In this document: piece by piece, positions 1 through 12,820 of the stretch
How the letters are laid out: each line of letters begins with the position of its first letter
Position numbering within the stretch: position 1 is the stretch's first letter
Source: Camelus ferus
Taxonomy: Eukaryota
Assembly (NCBI RefSeq): GCF_009834535.1
Contig: NC_045701.1
Location: forward strand, 76,818,001-76,882,000
Direction of reading: 5' to 3'
DNA length: 64,000 nt
The notes under the pieces: generated by a model
Databases searched by the model: none
What the model saw: the letters and a program-made list of their open reading frames with translations, nothing else
Told to the model about the DNA's origin: nothing
Position numbers and translations under genes: made by a program

Positions 1-189
1 TAACAGATTATATAAACCATTACTCTTTTAAAAATAAAAAAAAATAAATAAATCAAACATCTATGTACTTTCAACATAGCTTTACCAGAAATTTCCAGGT
101 GCCAAAGGTAACAGTCCTTAGTCTCCTGACTTTCCCGCCATTGCACACTTTTTCTATATCCTCAACATTATCTGGTTGGGTGTACTTTT

Positions 190-1700
190 GGCATTTATAG
201 ATCAGAACTATACTTGATACACTTATTCTAAGACCTCTTTTATTTCAGTTTTACGTATGAACTATTCACCCATGTCACCATGTAGTACTCCAATGCCAAT
301 CAATTGGTTTTCTTTAGTTTTTCACTGTTACAAATAGTACTGTCATACACATTTTTGTAAACATCTTCTGGTACACATGTGCAAGAGTTTCTCTAGGGAG
401 TCCACCTGGAAGTGGAATTGTCCAGACATTGGTTATGGATATCTTCAGATGTGCTAATAATTCCAGATTTTCTTCCAAAGTGTTCGTAACAATTTACACA
501 CAAACGAGAATGTTTTCAGTTTTGTCTATAACTTTTATGTTTTTATTTCCTCCTGGAATGAGTTATTTTGTAGAGGGTGAGGTAAGAATCCAGTTTTGTG
601 TACTTCTTGTATGAATAACAAATTGTCTCAACACCACTTACTGGTAATTCTTTACTCTTCCCACTGATTTGAAAACTCAATGCTATGATACATCAAGTTT
701 AGTTACGTGAGTGCTCCTGTTCTAGGCTCTTAATCCTGTCTAATTTTTCTTTTGGTTTATCTATGCACATATACTATCAGTTACTTATTGAGATATAATT
801 TGCATAGCATGCAGTTCATTCATACAGAGTATAAAAGCCAGTGATTTTTAGCTTATTCATAGGATCGTGAAACCATTGCCATGATCTATGAAATTATTAA
901 TCTACTTTCTGTGTAAATTTCCCTGTTGCCTGCATTTCATATAAACGGAATCATAATATGTGGTCTTTTATGACAGGCTTCTTGCACTTAGGATAGGATA
1001 TTCAAGGTTGATCCATGTGTTAGCATTCATTTTATTGCTGAATAATAATAATGTGCATGTATTGCCTTTTATTTATTCATTCTTCAATTGGTAGACATTT
1101 GTGTTGTTTCTCTTTCTGGTGACCCTGAATAATTCTGCAATGAACGTTCATTTACAAGTTTTTGTGTGGACATTTATCTTGGATACATAACTAGGAATTG
1201 AATTCCTAAGTCACAGGGCAATTCTATGTTTAACTTTTTAAAGAATCTCCAAACTGTGTTTCCAAAATGACTGTTCTGCTTTACTCACCAGCAGTGTATG
1301 ATGGTACTGTTTTCTCTAATTACTGTAATTTCATGATATACCTTGTTTTTCTGGCAGCAAAATCCTCCCAGATTGTTCTTCTTTAGAATTACCTTGGCAA
1401 TTCTTGAAATTTTGCTGTTAAACCTAAGTTTTAGAATTAGCTTTACAGGTCCCACTAGAATTCTCACAGAGATTTTGACTAGAATTGGGTTAGAGATTAT
1501 TTTGGTAGGAGGAACATCATTATCATATTAAATTTTCAAATTCTTAAAGATACTGTATCTCTTAGGGTGTTTGTTCTTAATTACCATAGAGTTTTACAGA
1601 TGTTTCAGTGGTTAATTTGCATCTATTGTGGGATTCATTCCTAATGCATTTTATTATATTTTATTTATTTTAAGTGATATATTTTTATATTATTTGTTTG
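190..1700 (-). mobile_element. Old L1M fragments (L1ME/L1MB-type 3' ends and ORF2 pieces)
   Basis: Antisense L1M hallmarks such as ttattgagatataatttgcatagc and ggaatcataatatgtggtcttttatgacaggcttcttgcacttag; several abutting fragments. Confidence 0.8.
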
Positions 1701-1864
1701 TATATTTGACAAATTTACAAACAGTACTTATACTGTACCAGGCACTGTTCTAAGTGGCGAACCAACACATGAATATGCGTGTGTGTGTGTGGTGCATAAC
1801 GTCCCATCTATGGATTTCACTTGGGATCGTATTCAATCTGTTCATTGGTGCTATTTTCCATGTT

Positions 1865-1990
1865 TAATCTTGATGACTTTAAGATAGGTACTAAGAAAAC
1901 TGTGGCTCAGAAAAGGGAACATAGTTGATCAAAGCGAGCAAGTGGGTGAGATGAGACTGACACAAATGACTCCGACTAAAGAACTCACTC
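1865..1990 (-). mobile_element. MIR SINE fragment
   Basis: aagaaaactgtggctcagaaaaggg resembles the antisense MIR core. Confidence 0.55.
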
Positions 1991-2394
1991 TTATTATTTC
2001 AGTTTAAAGTTACCGTATTTGTACTTCTAAGTATTAGAGACTCTGTTACTTCGACGCTAAAATAAACTTCTCCTATGCTTTGCTTTTCATGCCTTTTTGA
2101 GGATGAAGGTCATTTTCTTGGGGATGTGTATTTTCGTTTTCACCCAAAGTCATTTTGATGCCTACTTACTACAATTAACCGTCCTTGTTAATATAACATT
2201 GGTTAATGTCATGGGGCACAAACTTACGGAGATTGGAACACTGAATACTCCTGGGTATTTTATATCACATACTTAGAGATTTAAATGATTGATTTTGATT
2301 TTTTAAATATATCTGGTTTAGGAAAAAGAAAAAAATACCCAAAAAAAAGTACAATAAAGAAAAAGACAAAACAATAGAAAATACAAAACACATC

Positions 2395-3235
2395 TGTATT
2401 TGTTTCCTGAGGCTGTCATAACAAATTATCTAAAATTTAGTGGTTAAAAATGGAAGAAATGTATTCTTTTACAGTTCTGAGGCCAAACATCCAAAATCAG
2501 CAGGGCTGTGCTTGTGTAAGGGGCACTAGGAGAGAATCTGTTTCTTGCTTCTCATAGCTTCTGGTGGCTGCCACCAGTCTTGAGTGTGACAGTTAATTTT
2601 ATGTCACCTTGACTGGGCCATGATGTCCAGATGTGGTCAAACATTTTTCCAGATGTTTCAGTGAGAGTGTTTCTGGATGAGAGTTACACTTAGAGTGATG
2701 GACTTTGAGTAAAACAGTTGCTCTCAGTAAGGTGAGTGGCCCTTATCCAATCACATTGAAGGCTTGAGTAGAATTTCCCTTGAGCTAGAGGAAATTCTGC
2801 CTGTGGACTTTATCTGCAATATAGGTTCTTTTTCGTTTTCCAGCCTGCCAGCCTCCCCCGAAAGATTTTGGATGTGCCCAGCCTCCACAAGCACAACAGC
2901 CAATTCCTTAAAATAAATCTCTTTCTATTTACACATCCTGTTGGTTCCGTTTCTCTAGAGAGTGCTAATACACTGGGCCATGGCCTCACCCCTAAAACCT
3001 CAGCCTCCCTCTTCCTAATACTTTCTCCCCTGTGTCTGGTCCCCCTCTGCCTCTCTCTTATAACGATGTTTGTGATGGCCTTTAGGGTCTACCCAGATAT
3101 CCCAAGGTAATCTCTTCATCTCAGTATTCTTAATTTAATTTTATCTGCAAAGATCCTTGTTCTGAATAAGGCAGTACTTACACATTCCTGAGATTAGGGC
3201 TTGATATCTTTGGTTGGCTACTGTTCAGTGTTCTG
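2395..3235 (-). mobile_element. MLT1C-like MaLR solo LTR, split by an MLT2 insertion at 2585-2972
   Basis: Starts tgtatttgtttcctgaggctgtcataacaaattatc, and resumes after the insert with taatctcttcatctcagtattcttaatttaattttatctgcaaagatcc. Confidence 0.85.
2585..2972 (+). mobile_element. MLT2-family (ERVL) solo LTR nested in MLT1
   Basis: Canonical MLT2 termini tgtgacagttaattttatgtcaccttgactggg and gtttctctagagagtgctaataca. Confidence 0.9.
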
Positions 3236-3499
3236 TAAGTATTAAGCAACGGAAGCCTATACTATAAAAAAGTTTAAAGGCCAACATTTTGAAAGGTCAG
3301 ACTACCGTCTGTTGCTAGGACTCACTACAGTTTTGGACTTAACTTTGTCAGATTCTTTTTTGGTTTTGTTTTTGTTTTTCTGGATAGTTACTATCTTCCA
3401 GGTACAGGGTATATGTCCTTTTGTTTTTTCTCAGAACAAGTAAAGTCATAGTAGAAGAATCATACTTTCTGATTTTTACAATGTAGTTCATTCAGGCGG

Positions 3500-3630
3500 C
3501 TGGGCATAGTAGAAGATGACTTGGATGGGAAAACAAAGACTTGCATGCTAGGCTGACTGTGCACTAGCCAGCCGTGTGACTTTGGGTAAGTCATTCACTT
3601 GACCTCATTTTCCTCTATAAAATGTGTCGG
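3500..3630 (+). mobile_element. MIR SINE
   Basis: MIR core gccgtgtgactttgggtaagtcattcacttgacctcattttcctctataaaatg. Confidence 0.75.
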
Positions 3631-4929
3631 TTTGCTTGTATAGTCTTTGTGGTACTTTATCATTCTAAACTTTTAGGAACTTGTGTCTATAAACCTCTCT
3701 TTTATGGTGATGTCTCTTGATGGCAGAATAGCTGATCCAGCTGTTTCTTGTTATCCATCTCACCTACAACCCAGGTTGTCTGAGTGAATTACTGGAATAT
3801 TCTAAAAATGACTCAACAATTTGACATTTTAAAGGGGGCAAATCATTTTGAAATACAACCAACATATGTTAAACAATTGTAACCCATTTAACATAACACT
3901 TTGTGTCGAACTGAAACAGTATATGTCTTAGGTCATTATTAAAGTATCAAACCACAGATGATAAATTCTTCACGCTGGATGTATTATAATTTGCAAATAA
4001 AATAATCAGATTGTGTATTAACAATATGACAAAAGTTTAGTTTTTTTTCCTATCAGCTGTTGTACACAAAAGTAAGTTTTCAAAAAGACATACATAAATA
4101 TCATGAATCTTTTCAGAATTTCTACAGGTAGCCATATCTGTTGTCTAATTTGCATGATGAGAATTTAGAAGTCAAATGCTGTTTATTTTACACAAGTGTC
4201 AGATGCAAACAGCCAGTCATTAAACGATGTTGATGGTAAGAGTATGGATGATGACTACAGTGCTGAAAAACTAGGAAGTTAACATTATTTTGTGATGATG
4301 TTAAAATTATCCAGATTTTAATAGTCTTAATGATTGTGTTTGAAATTGTAGTGGTGCGTTGATGAAGGATAATCCCTCAGAGCTATTTTAAGTGTTTGCA
4401 TTTGAGGCCACCCAAAAACTAATTCAGAAAACTTGACGAAATACTTGAAGTTTTCATGAGCAGCATTTCAAGAAGAGATTCTGAGGGCATAGGATATAGC
4501 TTTATCTTATTCAAATATCCCTTGAATGTTTCCTTAGTATGTACTGTTGTTTTCAATAGGTGGCAGTCAGGTTATGAAGAATTGAGTTTAAAAATCAGTA
4601 ATGATAAAATAACTTTTGTTTTTAGGAAAACATTTTAAATGTATCTTGTACTGTTTTTCCACACCATACACTTTTGTTTGTTCTTATTTTGAGTACTGAT
4701 GACCTGCAAGTGTGTTTGCCACTCATGCTTCTTAAGGATGGTCTCTACCAGAATACGTGAGATTCAGTTGCTTAGTGTAGATGTTTTAGATGGGCACATT
4801 GTCAGTATAATCAAACCAGTTTATGAAGATCTAGAATATGTGAATGACAGGAATGTACATGTGAGGAAAGGAGATCAAACTTTCAAAATAGTCTGTAAAG
4901 TAAGAGAGATCTATGTTTTCCTTGACTCC

Positions 4930-5140
4930 TTTCAGAAAGTCAGTGAAGTGTGATGTTTACGAGTGGAAGTGAGGAAGGCTTCAGATAATCTCAGCATTGC
5001 AGCTGATGCCAAGTGGAGCTGAGAGGATCTCTCTTTGCCAAAGCCTGCCAAAATGCAGATTAATTAATAAAATAATTGTTGCTATTGTTTTAAGCCACAT
5101 ATTTTGTGATAATTTCTTATATAGCCTTAGTAATTGGAAT
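4930..5140 (+). mobile_element. MLT1 (F/G/H-like) LTR 3' part
   Basis: ccaaaatgcagattaattaataaaataattgttgctattgttttaagccac is a typical MLT1 3' end. Confidence 0.7.
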
Positions 5141-5196
5141 AGTAGGCAACGCAGATAAATTGTAAATTTAAAAGTGCTTACAAAAATATAAGGGAA

Positions 5197-5725
5197 TGTG
5201 ATGGTTAATTTTATGTGTCAACTTGACTGGGTTCAAGGATGGTCAGATAGTTAGCAAAATGCTATTTGTGGGTGTGTCTGTGGAAGTGTTTCTGGAAGAG
5301 ATTAGTATTTAGGACTGAATAAAGATCTATCACACCAGTGCAGGGGGGCATCATCCATCCCATCAAGGGCTTGAACAGAACAAAAAGGCAGAGGAAAGGC
5401 GAACTTACTCTCTTGGCTTGAGCTGGGACATTGACCTTCTTTTGCCTTTGAGCATCAGTGTTCGTTGTTCTTGAGCCTTCAGACTCAGACTGGGCTTGCA
5501 TCATTGACTTCCTTGGTTCTCAGGACTTTGACTTTGGACTGGAGTTAGACCTCAGCTCCCCTGGTTCTCTGACCTTCAGACTTGGGTCTCCAGCTTGCAG
5601 ACAGCCAGTCATGGGACTACTTGGCCTCCATAACTGTGTGAGCCAATTCCTAAAATAGTTCTCCTTTTAGAAATCCTCTGCATATCCCGTTGGTTCTGTT
5701 TCTCTGGAGAACCCTGACTAATACA
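5197..5725 (+). mobile_element. MLT2B solo LTR, complete
   Basis: Termini tgtgatggttaattttatgtgtcaacttgactggg and ggagaaccctgactaataca; 5-bp TSD GGGAA/GGGAG. Confidence 0.93.
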
Positions 5726-6034
5726 GGGAGTAATGCATAAGTCTACCCAGGCCTAGGTAATGATGGGTTTTAAAGAAAGATGTGAAAACTGGTGGGCATC
5801 TGCACTTAAATCAGCAGGAGAGAGCTCAAGTTTGGGAATCTGGCATCTCTAGTTTTAAATTTTAGTTCCATTCTTACCTTAACAGGTAATTGTGTATACG
5901 TTATCTTTCTTTGCTTTGCTTGAATTTCCTTGGGCAAGGGGTCTGGCATAGAAATAGAATATACCTCCTAGAATTGATGAGGATAAAAACAGGTAATAGA
6001 ACAGAGTAAAGCCTTGATAAATGCCAGCTTTTAT

Positions 6035-6550
6035 TTTAATTCACTCACTGAAAATGTTTAGCAAGTGTGCTGTATGTTTCAGGTACTTTAGGTGCCCATG
6101 AAATACACTGGCAGGCATAGTCCCTGCCCTGTGGACCTTAGGCTGTCCGCACAAAGACCTATTGTTTTGCTTGTTTGTTTGTGTCAATTCTAGCCTGGTA
6201 TTAACTTACATTATTTGGGGTTTTTTTCTAATTATCTAAATCTTGTTTAACCTTCCCCTTGTTACCTTCTTCTTACGTCCCCTTAACAATAATGATCTGT
6301 TCAGAAGGCAGATCTGAGTATATATTTTAAGTCTTTAGCCACTCCCCTCCCATAAACTTCAGTAAACATCTATGTATAACTCTTTCTGATCTTGTTTCTA
6401 CAAGATCCTTTCATTCTTTTTTCCATTCATGCATTTAGGAAACATTACTGAGCTTCTATCAAACATTGTGGCACTGTGGACGTGCTGGGAATCATTGCTG
6501 AGCAAGACAGCATAGCTCCTGCCTTCATGGCACTTACACTCTATCAGGGA
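6035..6550 (-). mobile_element. Two L2 3'-end fragments (about 6035-6140 and 6425-6550)
   Basis: cattcatgcatttaggaaacattactgagc and cctgccttcatggcacttacactcta match antisense L2 3' ends. Confidence 0.65.
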
Positions 6551-6689
6551 CAGCTGAAGGATAATAATTCTCTTATGATTAAAGATGATCTGGGAGGACA
6601 AAAATCAGTGTTTCTGGGGGAAAGATGTTCATTTTGAGATTCAAGGATCAGTACACATTACGTGTCGTTGTCATCTGCTAATATTAATC

Positions 6690-7050
6690 TGCCTTGGTCC
6701 ATTCAGTCTGCTATAACAAAATTCTCCAGACAAGGGGGAATAACCCTAGAAATTTATTTATAACCAACAGAAATTTATTTCTCACAGTTCTGGAAGCTGG
6801 AAGTCCAAGTTCAGTGTGTCATCGTGGTTGGGTGAGCACTCTCTCCCTGGTGCAGAGCCAGCACCTGCTCACTGTGCCCTCACATGCTGGCAACGGCTGC
6901 CTGTCTCTCTGGAGCCTCTTACATAAGGCATAAATCTCATTCGTAAGTGTTCCACCCTCATGACCTAAATATCTCCCAAAGGTCCCACCTACTAATATCA
7001 AGATTCCAACATACGAATTTTGGAGGTACACAAACATTCAGACCATAGTA
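6690..7050 (-). mobile_element. MLT1A-type MaLR solo LTR
   Basis: tgccttggtccattcagtctgctataacaaaa, aacagaaatttatttctcacagttctggaagctggaagtccaag and terminal cattcagaccatagta. Confidence 0.9.
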
Positions 7051-8210
7051 TAACTATCTTATCAACTTCTCCCCAGCAAGGCCAGAGAGCTTGCAGCATT
7101 GAGCTAACTCAAGACCCTGAGTTACTTCATGGCTCACTCTTCTCCTTGTAATTCAGCCTCTCTCTATTTTATTCTGACCAATGTCTACTCTTTCGATTCT
7201 GCATTCACCTTGGGCAGCTAACTTCAGATGTCTTCTACTTGACCTTGCACACATTACAATAATAAGCACATCACGTATTACCACATGGGCTGGGATGAGT
7301 CACATTTATCTCTCCATTATCCCATTGTCTGTTCCTGAAGGATAGGCTCTTTGTTTTAAATTTCTTTGTGTTCTCGGTACTGTCTCTGGAACGCAGTATG
7401 TTCTCATTAGAAGTTTTTTTTTTTTTTTAAGTGAATAAATGCTTAATTCTCCACAGTTAAATTTAATGCTGAATAGCAAATTGAGTTTGTCTTTCTCATA
7501 AATTATTCACTTACTCAAGTTCCCTATAGAATGGAACAATTATAGAGAAACACTTGACGACACCCTTTATAACACAGAACTACATTAACTCATATACTCA
7601 GAGGCAGTAATTTATAATCTGTTTTCTTTTCATAGCAATGGTGCTTAGAAAATGAAATATGGTGAAAGTAACCTTCTAAAGCAAAATAATGTCAAACATT
7701 TGGTTTTGGAATGAAACATGTATAAAGGAAATTGACTATTTGGAAAAACCGGTATTTCATTGATTGTGCTGCCTTTTCTGAGGGGACTGGGGGGGGGGAA
7801 GGAAATCATTTTTCCTTAATATGGTCTTGTCAGGATTTTCTGTAAGTGTTATGCATGTTTTATCAGTTTAAGATGGCAGGGGAGTGGGGAGTGGGGAAGG
7901 GAAGGTCAAAATCACAAAATCTGCTACAATTTGATTTGCAGCTATTTTTTTTTAATTTGCCAACTGTTCACATTTTTTCTGTGAACTTTTTTATAGAAGA
8001 AAAATACAGTTTTTCACAGCTGTCATTGGATAATTTGATTTATTAGTGCCGTTGAATAATAAGCAACCAGATTCACACTGAGTATTCTACTGCAATTAGT
8101 ATTTTAGTGAAAATGGCTTGTGTCTGGGTCCCTGACACCCCACTGCCTGCTGACATGTCCATTTCAAGGCATTCAGGGTTGGCTGTGATTTGCTCTTTTC
8201 CAAGGGTATT

Positions 8211-9110
8211 TTTTTTAAGACTTTACTTCTTTAGAGCAGTTTTGGATCCATAGAAAAAATTGACAGGATGGTACAGAATTTCCTGTATACTTCCTGCCCC
8301 TGCATATGCACAGCCTCCCCAGTTATNNNNNNNNNNNNNNNNNNNNNNNNNNNNNNNNNNNNNNNNNNNNNNNNNNNNNNNNNNNNNNNNNNNNNNNNNN
8401 NNNNNNNNNNNNNNNNNNNNNNNNNNNNNNNNNNNNNNNNNNNNNNNNNNNNNNNNNNNNNNATTATGACATCATACAGAGTAGTTTCACTGCCTTAAAA
8501 ATCCTCTGTGCTCCATCTGTTCATCCCTCCCCCATAGCTCTGGGAACCTCTGATCTTTTTACTATCTCCTTAATTTCACTTTTTTGAGAATGTCATGTAG
8601 CTGGAATCATACATACAATATATAGCCTTTCCAAGTTGGCTTTTCTCACTTAGTAATAAACACTTAAGTTTCCTCCATGTATTTTCATAGCTCAGTAGCT
8701 CATTTGCTTTTAGCGCTGAATAATATTTCATTAGATGTAGCATAGTTTATTTATCCATTCATCTACTGAAGAACATCCTGGTTGCTTCCAGGTTTTGAGA
8801 GTTATGAATAAACCTGGTATAAATATCCATATGACGGATTTTGTGTAGATGCAAGTTTTCAGCTCCTTTAATATCAAAGAGCATAGTTGCGGGCTCATAA
8901 GGTAAGAGTATATCTAGAAACCCCAAAACTGTCTTCAAAATTGGCTGCATAATACATAAAAATACATTTCTGCACTCTCCCAACAATGAATGAGAGTGCT
9001 TCTTGCTTCACATCCTTACCATGATTTCGTGTTGTCAGTGTTCAGGATTTTGGCCATTCTTATCAGTGTGTAGTGGTATTTCACTGCTATTTTAATTCAC
9101 ATGTCCCTAA
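8211..9110 (-). mobile_element. L1MB-type 3' end spanning an assembly gap
   Basis: tttagagcagttttggatccatagaaaaaattgacagg, catatgcacagcctcccc and gtgtagtggtatttcactg. Confidence 0.85.
8327..8462. other. Assembly gap (136 N)
   Basis: Run of N. Confidence 1.
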
Positions 9111-9284
9111 TAAAATGAAAATGAAATTGTACACTAGCTCTAAAATCCATAATGGAAATAATATAATAATTACAAAAGAAGATTATTTTAATACAGAAAT
9201 AGTTGGGGATTTGAATTAATGCTTGTCAACCTAAATGATCAAGTTGACAATAGATATGTCCACGAATCACCCTCATCCCTTTTT

Positions 9285-9410
9285 CAACCTGAAGAAACTT
9301 ACACTTGAAGAAGTTATTTAACTTGACCCATGATTATAGTTATTAAGGTGACAAAACCGAGATTTGAAACTCTTTCTGACTCTAGATCTTGATCATTGAA
9401 ACTGTTAACC
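9285..9410 (-). mobile_element. MIR fragment
   Basis: gaagaaacttacacttgaagaagttatttaacttgaccc and gatttgaaactctttctgactcta. Confidence 0.6.
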
Positions 9411-10912
9411 TCTGTCCCATATAGAATCTTCAAGGACAATGGCTATTTCCATTTTTTACTTTATACAATCAACGTCTAATTTAGAGTTTGGCATACTTAT
9501 GTAGAGAAAAGCTCAGTAAACTCCTATTGAGCTAAATCACATTTGAAAATGTGAAAAGAAAAAATGCATTTCTTTCTTTCCAGTTCTTATATTTTTTGCT
9601 CTTACTGTTTTTTTCCCTATTATATATTTAAACTTCAGTAAAATTTTGAATAATCCTGAAGCACTAAGTGTAAATCCTTGCTTTGTGGATTACTCTTAAG
9701 GCAATGCTTCTAATACTCCATCTCTAAGTAGGAAATTTGCTATATGTTTTTGTTGGAAGTCTTTTATTGGTGTAAGAAAGTTACCTTTAATAAATATTTT
9801 ATAGGAATTGTGTTTGTTTCAGTCATAAATGAGTGCTAAATCATAAAACAGTTCTCTGTATCTATTAAAATGACTCTGTAGCTATTAATTTTCTCTTAAG
9901 TGTGTTAATACCATTAAGTCCATTGATATATTACCTAACATTTAACAAACTTTGCATCATTGGTATAAGTTCTAAGTGGAATGGGAGCAGATTCTGCTCT
10001 TTGGCAATCTCAGCTAAGTAATTGCAGAGAATTGACCTCCATTCATCCCCCCTTTCAAATGTTCCTTTCCCCTCCAGTACCCTTGGAAAAACTTAAGGGA
10101 GTGTGGAAGATGTGCTCCCTAACACCTGGGGCCTTTCCCTGCACAAGCATCGCTGCTCTCCTTCAGCATTCAGATCCCACCACTGACATCCTTGGTGCAG
10201 TTTCAGAGCCATTTTAGCCCCTGTGGACTGTCAGGGTTACACTGGCTTTCTACTGTGCCTGGTGCCTGCACACCCAGGGCTTCCTCTCCCCCTATTCCTT
10301 GGTCCCAGACACCCGATGACCCTTTACAACATTACATTTCGTTTACCGTTGTCACTTGCCTGCACCATCAGGGCTTTTCCTCCCTTGATGCTCTTTATGG
10401 GCCAGTCAGGATGCCCACAGCCGCCAAACAATGCTTCCTAATCCTCTCAGATGAGGTCTTGACTGTTTTCTGTTGATAGAGAAATAGCTTCCCCTTCTCT
10501 GTGCTTTGGTCTTTGGCTGGAACGCCACCCAGAAAACATCTTAGATTCCCAAGAATGAAAGGTCTTTTACTGCTTCCCTCCCTTTAGGGTATGTAAAACT
10601 CTCCAGGGCCTCTGGCTTATTGGTGGGTTCAAGGAGTCTCCTCAAACATCCGGTGCTCTTGTTTAGTCTTATCTATGGATTGTCCCCTCTACCCTACCTC
10701 CCTGTGATTTGCTTCTGTCACTCAGCTTTACCCACGCAAGACGTGTATTAATACTAAGTGTGTAAAGAGATCTTTCCAAGGGGGTCTGCTTGTCTATATG
10801 AATTTTTGTATATCAGTAAGTGCTTCCTGGAAGAGGAAAAGGAAAGAGTTATCTAAGTTAACTTGCCAGGCATATGTGAATTGATATTCTACTCAGGATG
10901 TATATCAATGAG

Positions 10913-10980
10913 GTGTGTGTGTGTGTGAGAGAGTGTGTATGTGTGTGTGTGTGTGTGTGTGTCAGAGAGAGAGAAAGAGA
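10913..10980. repeat. Compound (TG)n/(AG)n microsatellite
   Basis: Direct read. Confidence 0.95.
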
Positions 10981-11060
10981 CGAAATGCATGGTAGCATAC
11001 AACACGATCTAGTATGTATGTGTGTGTATATATAAATATTTTAATGTTAATTCTCTAAGT

Positions 11061-11310
11061 CATAAGTCCTCAACTGGAGATGATTTTTACCTGCCCTTCT
11101 GCTACCAAGGGGATATTTAGCAATTATTTGGAGACATTTTTAAATCCGTGACTAGAAGAGGGTGATGTGTCAGCAGGTGGAGGCCTCTAGCAGGTAGAGG
11201 TAAGGGATACTGTTGAACATCCTCTGAAACACAGGGTTGTCCCCCCTTCCCAGGTCAAAGTACCATCCAGTCCAAAACGCCAATCACAGCAAGGCTGAAC
11301 GCTTACTCTG
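11061..11310 (+). mobile_element. MER20 (hAT-Charlie) DNA transposon
   Basis: ggggatatttagcaattatttggagacattttt, ggtagaggtaagggatactgttgaacatcct and ccaaaacgccaat follow the MER20 consensus. Confidence 0.85.
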
Positions 11311-12820
11311 AGTGAGCTGCAGGTTTTCTCACACATCTTTAGAGTTTTGTAACCCTCAAATATATACTGAGCATTAACGACGTACTAAAATGTACGCATG
11401 GCTCCTTCTCTGATGGAGCTTATTGTCTGGAATGAGAGGGAGCCCTCAGTCATTCAGTGGGGTTTAGAATAATGGGGCTGCAGTGCAGTGGGATACAGTA
11501 TTCATTTGAAAAATGAAGGAGGAAATATTCAAGAGTCCTAAACGAGTTAAACAGCACTTTTTCATTTGTTCTTTAAATCATTATTTTATAGCAAAACCTC
11601 ATTAAGGCAGTGTTGTTTTATCCTAAATAGCATGATTCAAAGAAAATTGTACTCCTTAGCCAACTAAATGTAACACTGTTAGATAATAAATAGATGTGAT
11701 AAGCCAAACCAGCTCCCCTCCCCATTCATCCTCCTTCTGCTCTTACACCATCTTACGCATTTGTCCTTAAAGTTTGGAATGAGTTTTTAGTCTTAATTCA
11801 GAGGAAATAAACACATTTTGGTTTTAGTTTGGAAAATATGCTTCTTGTAAATCTAAGTTATAAGATTTTTCTGTTATTCATTTTTCTCCTTTATGTTCAG
11901 GGAAATTCTCTCTCTCTGTCTCTGTCTCTCTGTCTCTCTTACAATGACATTAACATCTGTTTACATTGACAATAAATAACAGGCATCTGCAGGGATGAAG
12001 ATACACTGATATGTTTTCAAACTTCATGACTTTTCTCCTAGTATTTGATCTGCATAATGTGCACTTTCTGCTATGATCCAATTAATCTCAAACACGATAC
12101 CAGGCATGTTGACTGTTTGGTTTTAATTTACTAGGTTGTAACTAGTGGTATTTTCTCCTTCGGTACTGCTCTGCACCCATAAATTATTTGGTAGCAATTA
12201 TCCTTTAAAATGCATCCAAATGCTTTGCGCTTGCTTCTTGAATTCCAAGTAAGCCTTCGGTTAAGAGACTCCTAAGAACTTATTCTAATGTTCTTTTTGT
12301 CCCTTCCTCTAACAGAAAGCTCTGTGGATGAATTTTTGTTTTTGGCTTTGCAGTGCATGTAATTTGAGGAGTGCTATGAGCTGGTCTCACCAAAAAGAAC
12401 TCCATCTGTGTACAGTTCCATACCTTCATCCTTTGCAAATTAAAAATATATATTTATGGTCTTAAAATTCAAAACTCCCTGATAACATTTAGTTTATCAG
12501 TTAAGCTAATACACTGGAATTTAAAAGAATCAAAATTGAGGATTGTTGGAAACTTGGTTAGGTGCTGTAAGTCTTTGATGTGTGGGCCATAGACAATACT
12601 GTTTATATAAATGGATGAACCTATAAAAAAGTCAATGGGATGAAATAGGAAGAATGAAAGGGAGTTTTATCAACAGTCTTGTCTTTGAATCTTCAGTGTG
12701 TCTCATAAATTGCATTATGGTAGCTCCCTCACCTCTCTGATCATGAAGGTCCTTCCTTGCAAAAGGGGTGATGTTCTTACCTTGAAGCGTTGTCAGTTTT
12801 GTGCTGATGAAAAGTAAAGT

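Noticed and set aside
7500-7860. 9-nt minus-strand and 8-nt plus-strand micro-exon-like site pairs; similar pairs near 3400, 16300, 22585 and 51912
   Set aside because: Such AG/GT pairs turned up repeatedly on both strands, showing a high chance rate; most are frameshifting or lack supporting context.
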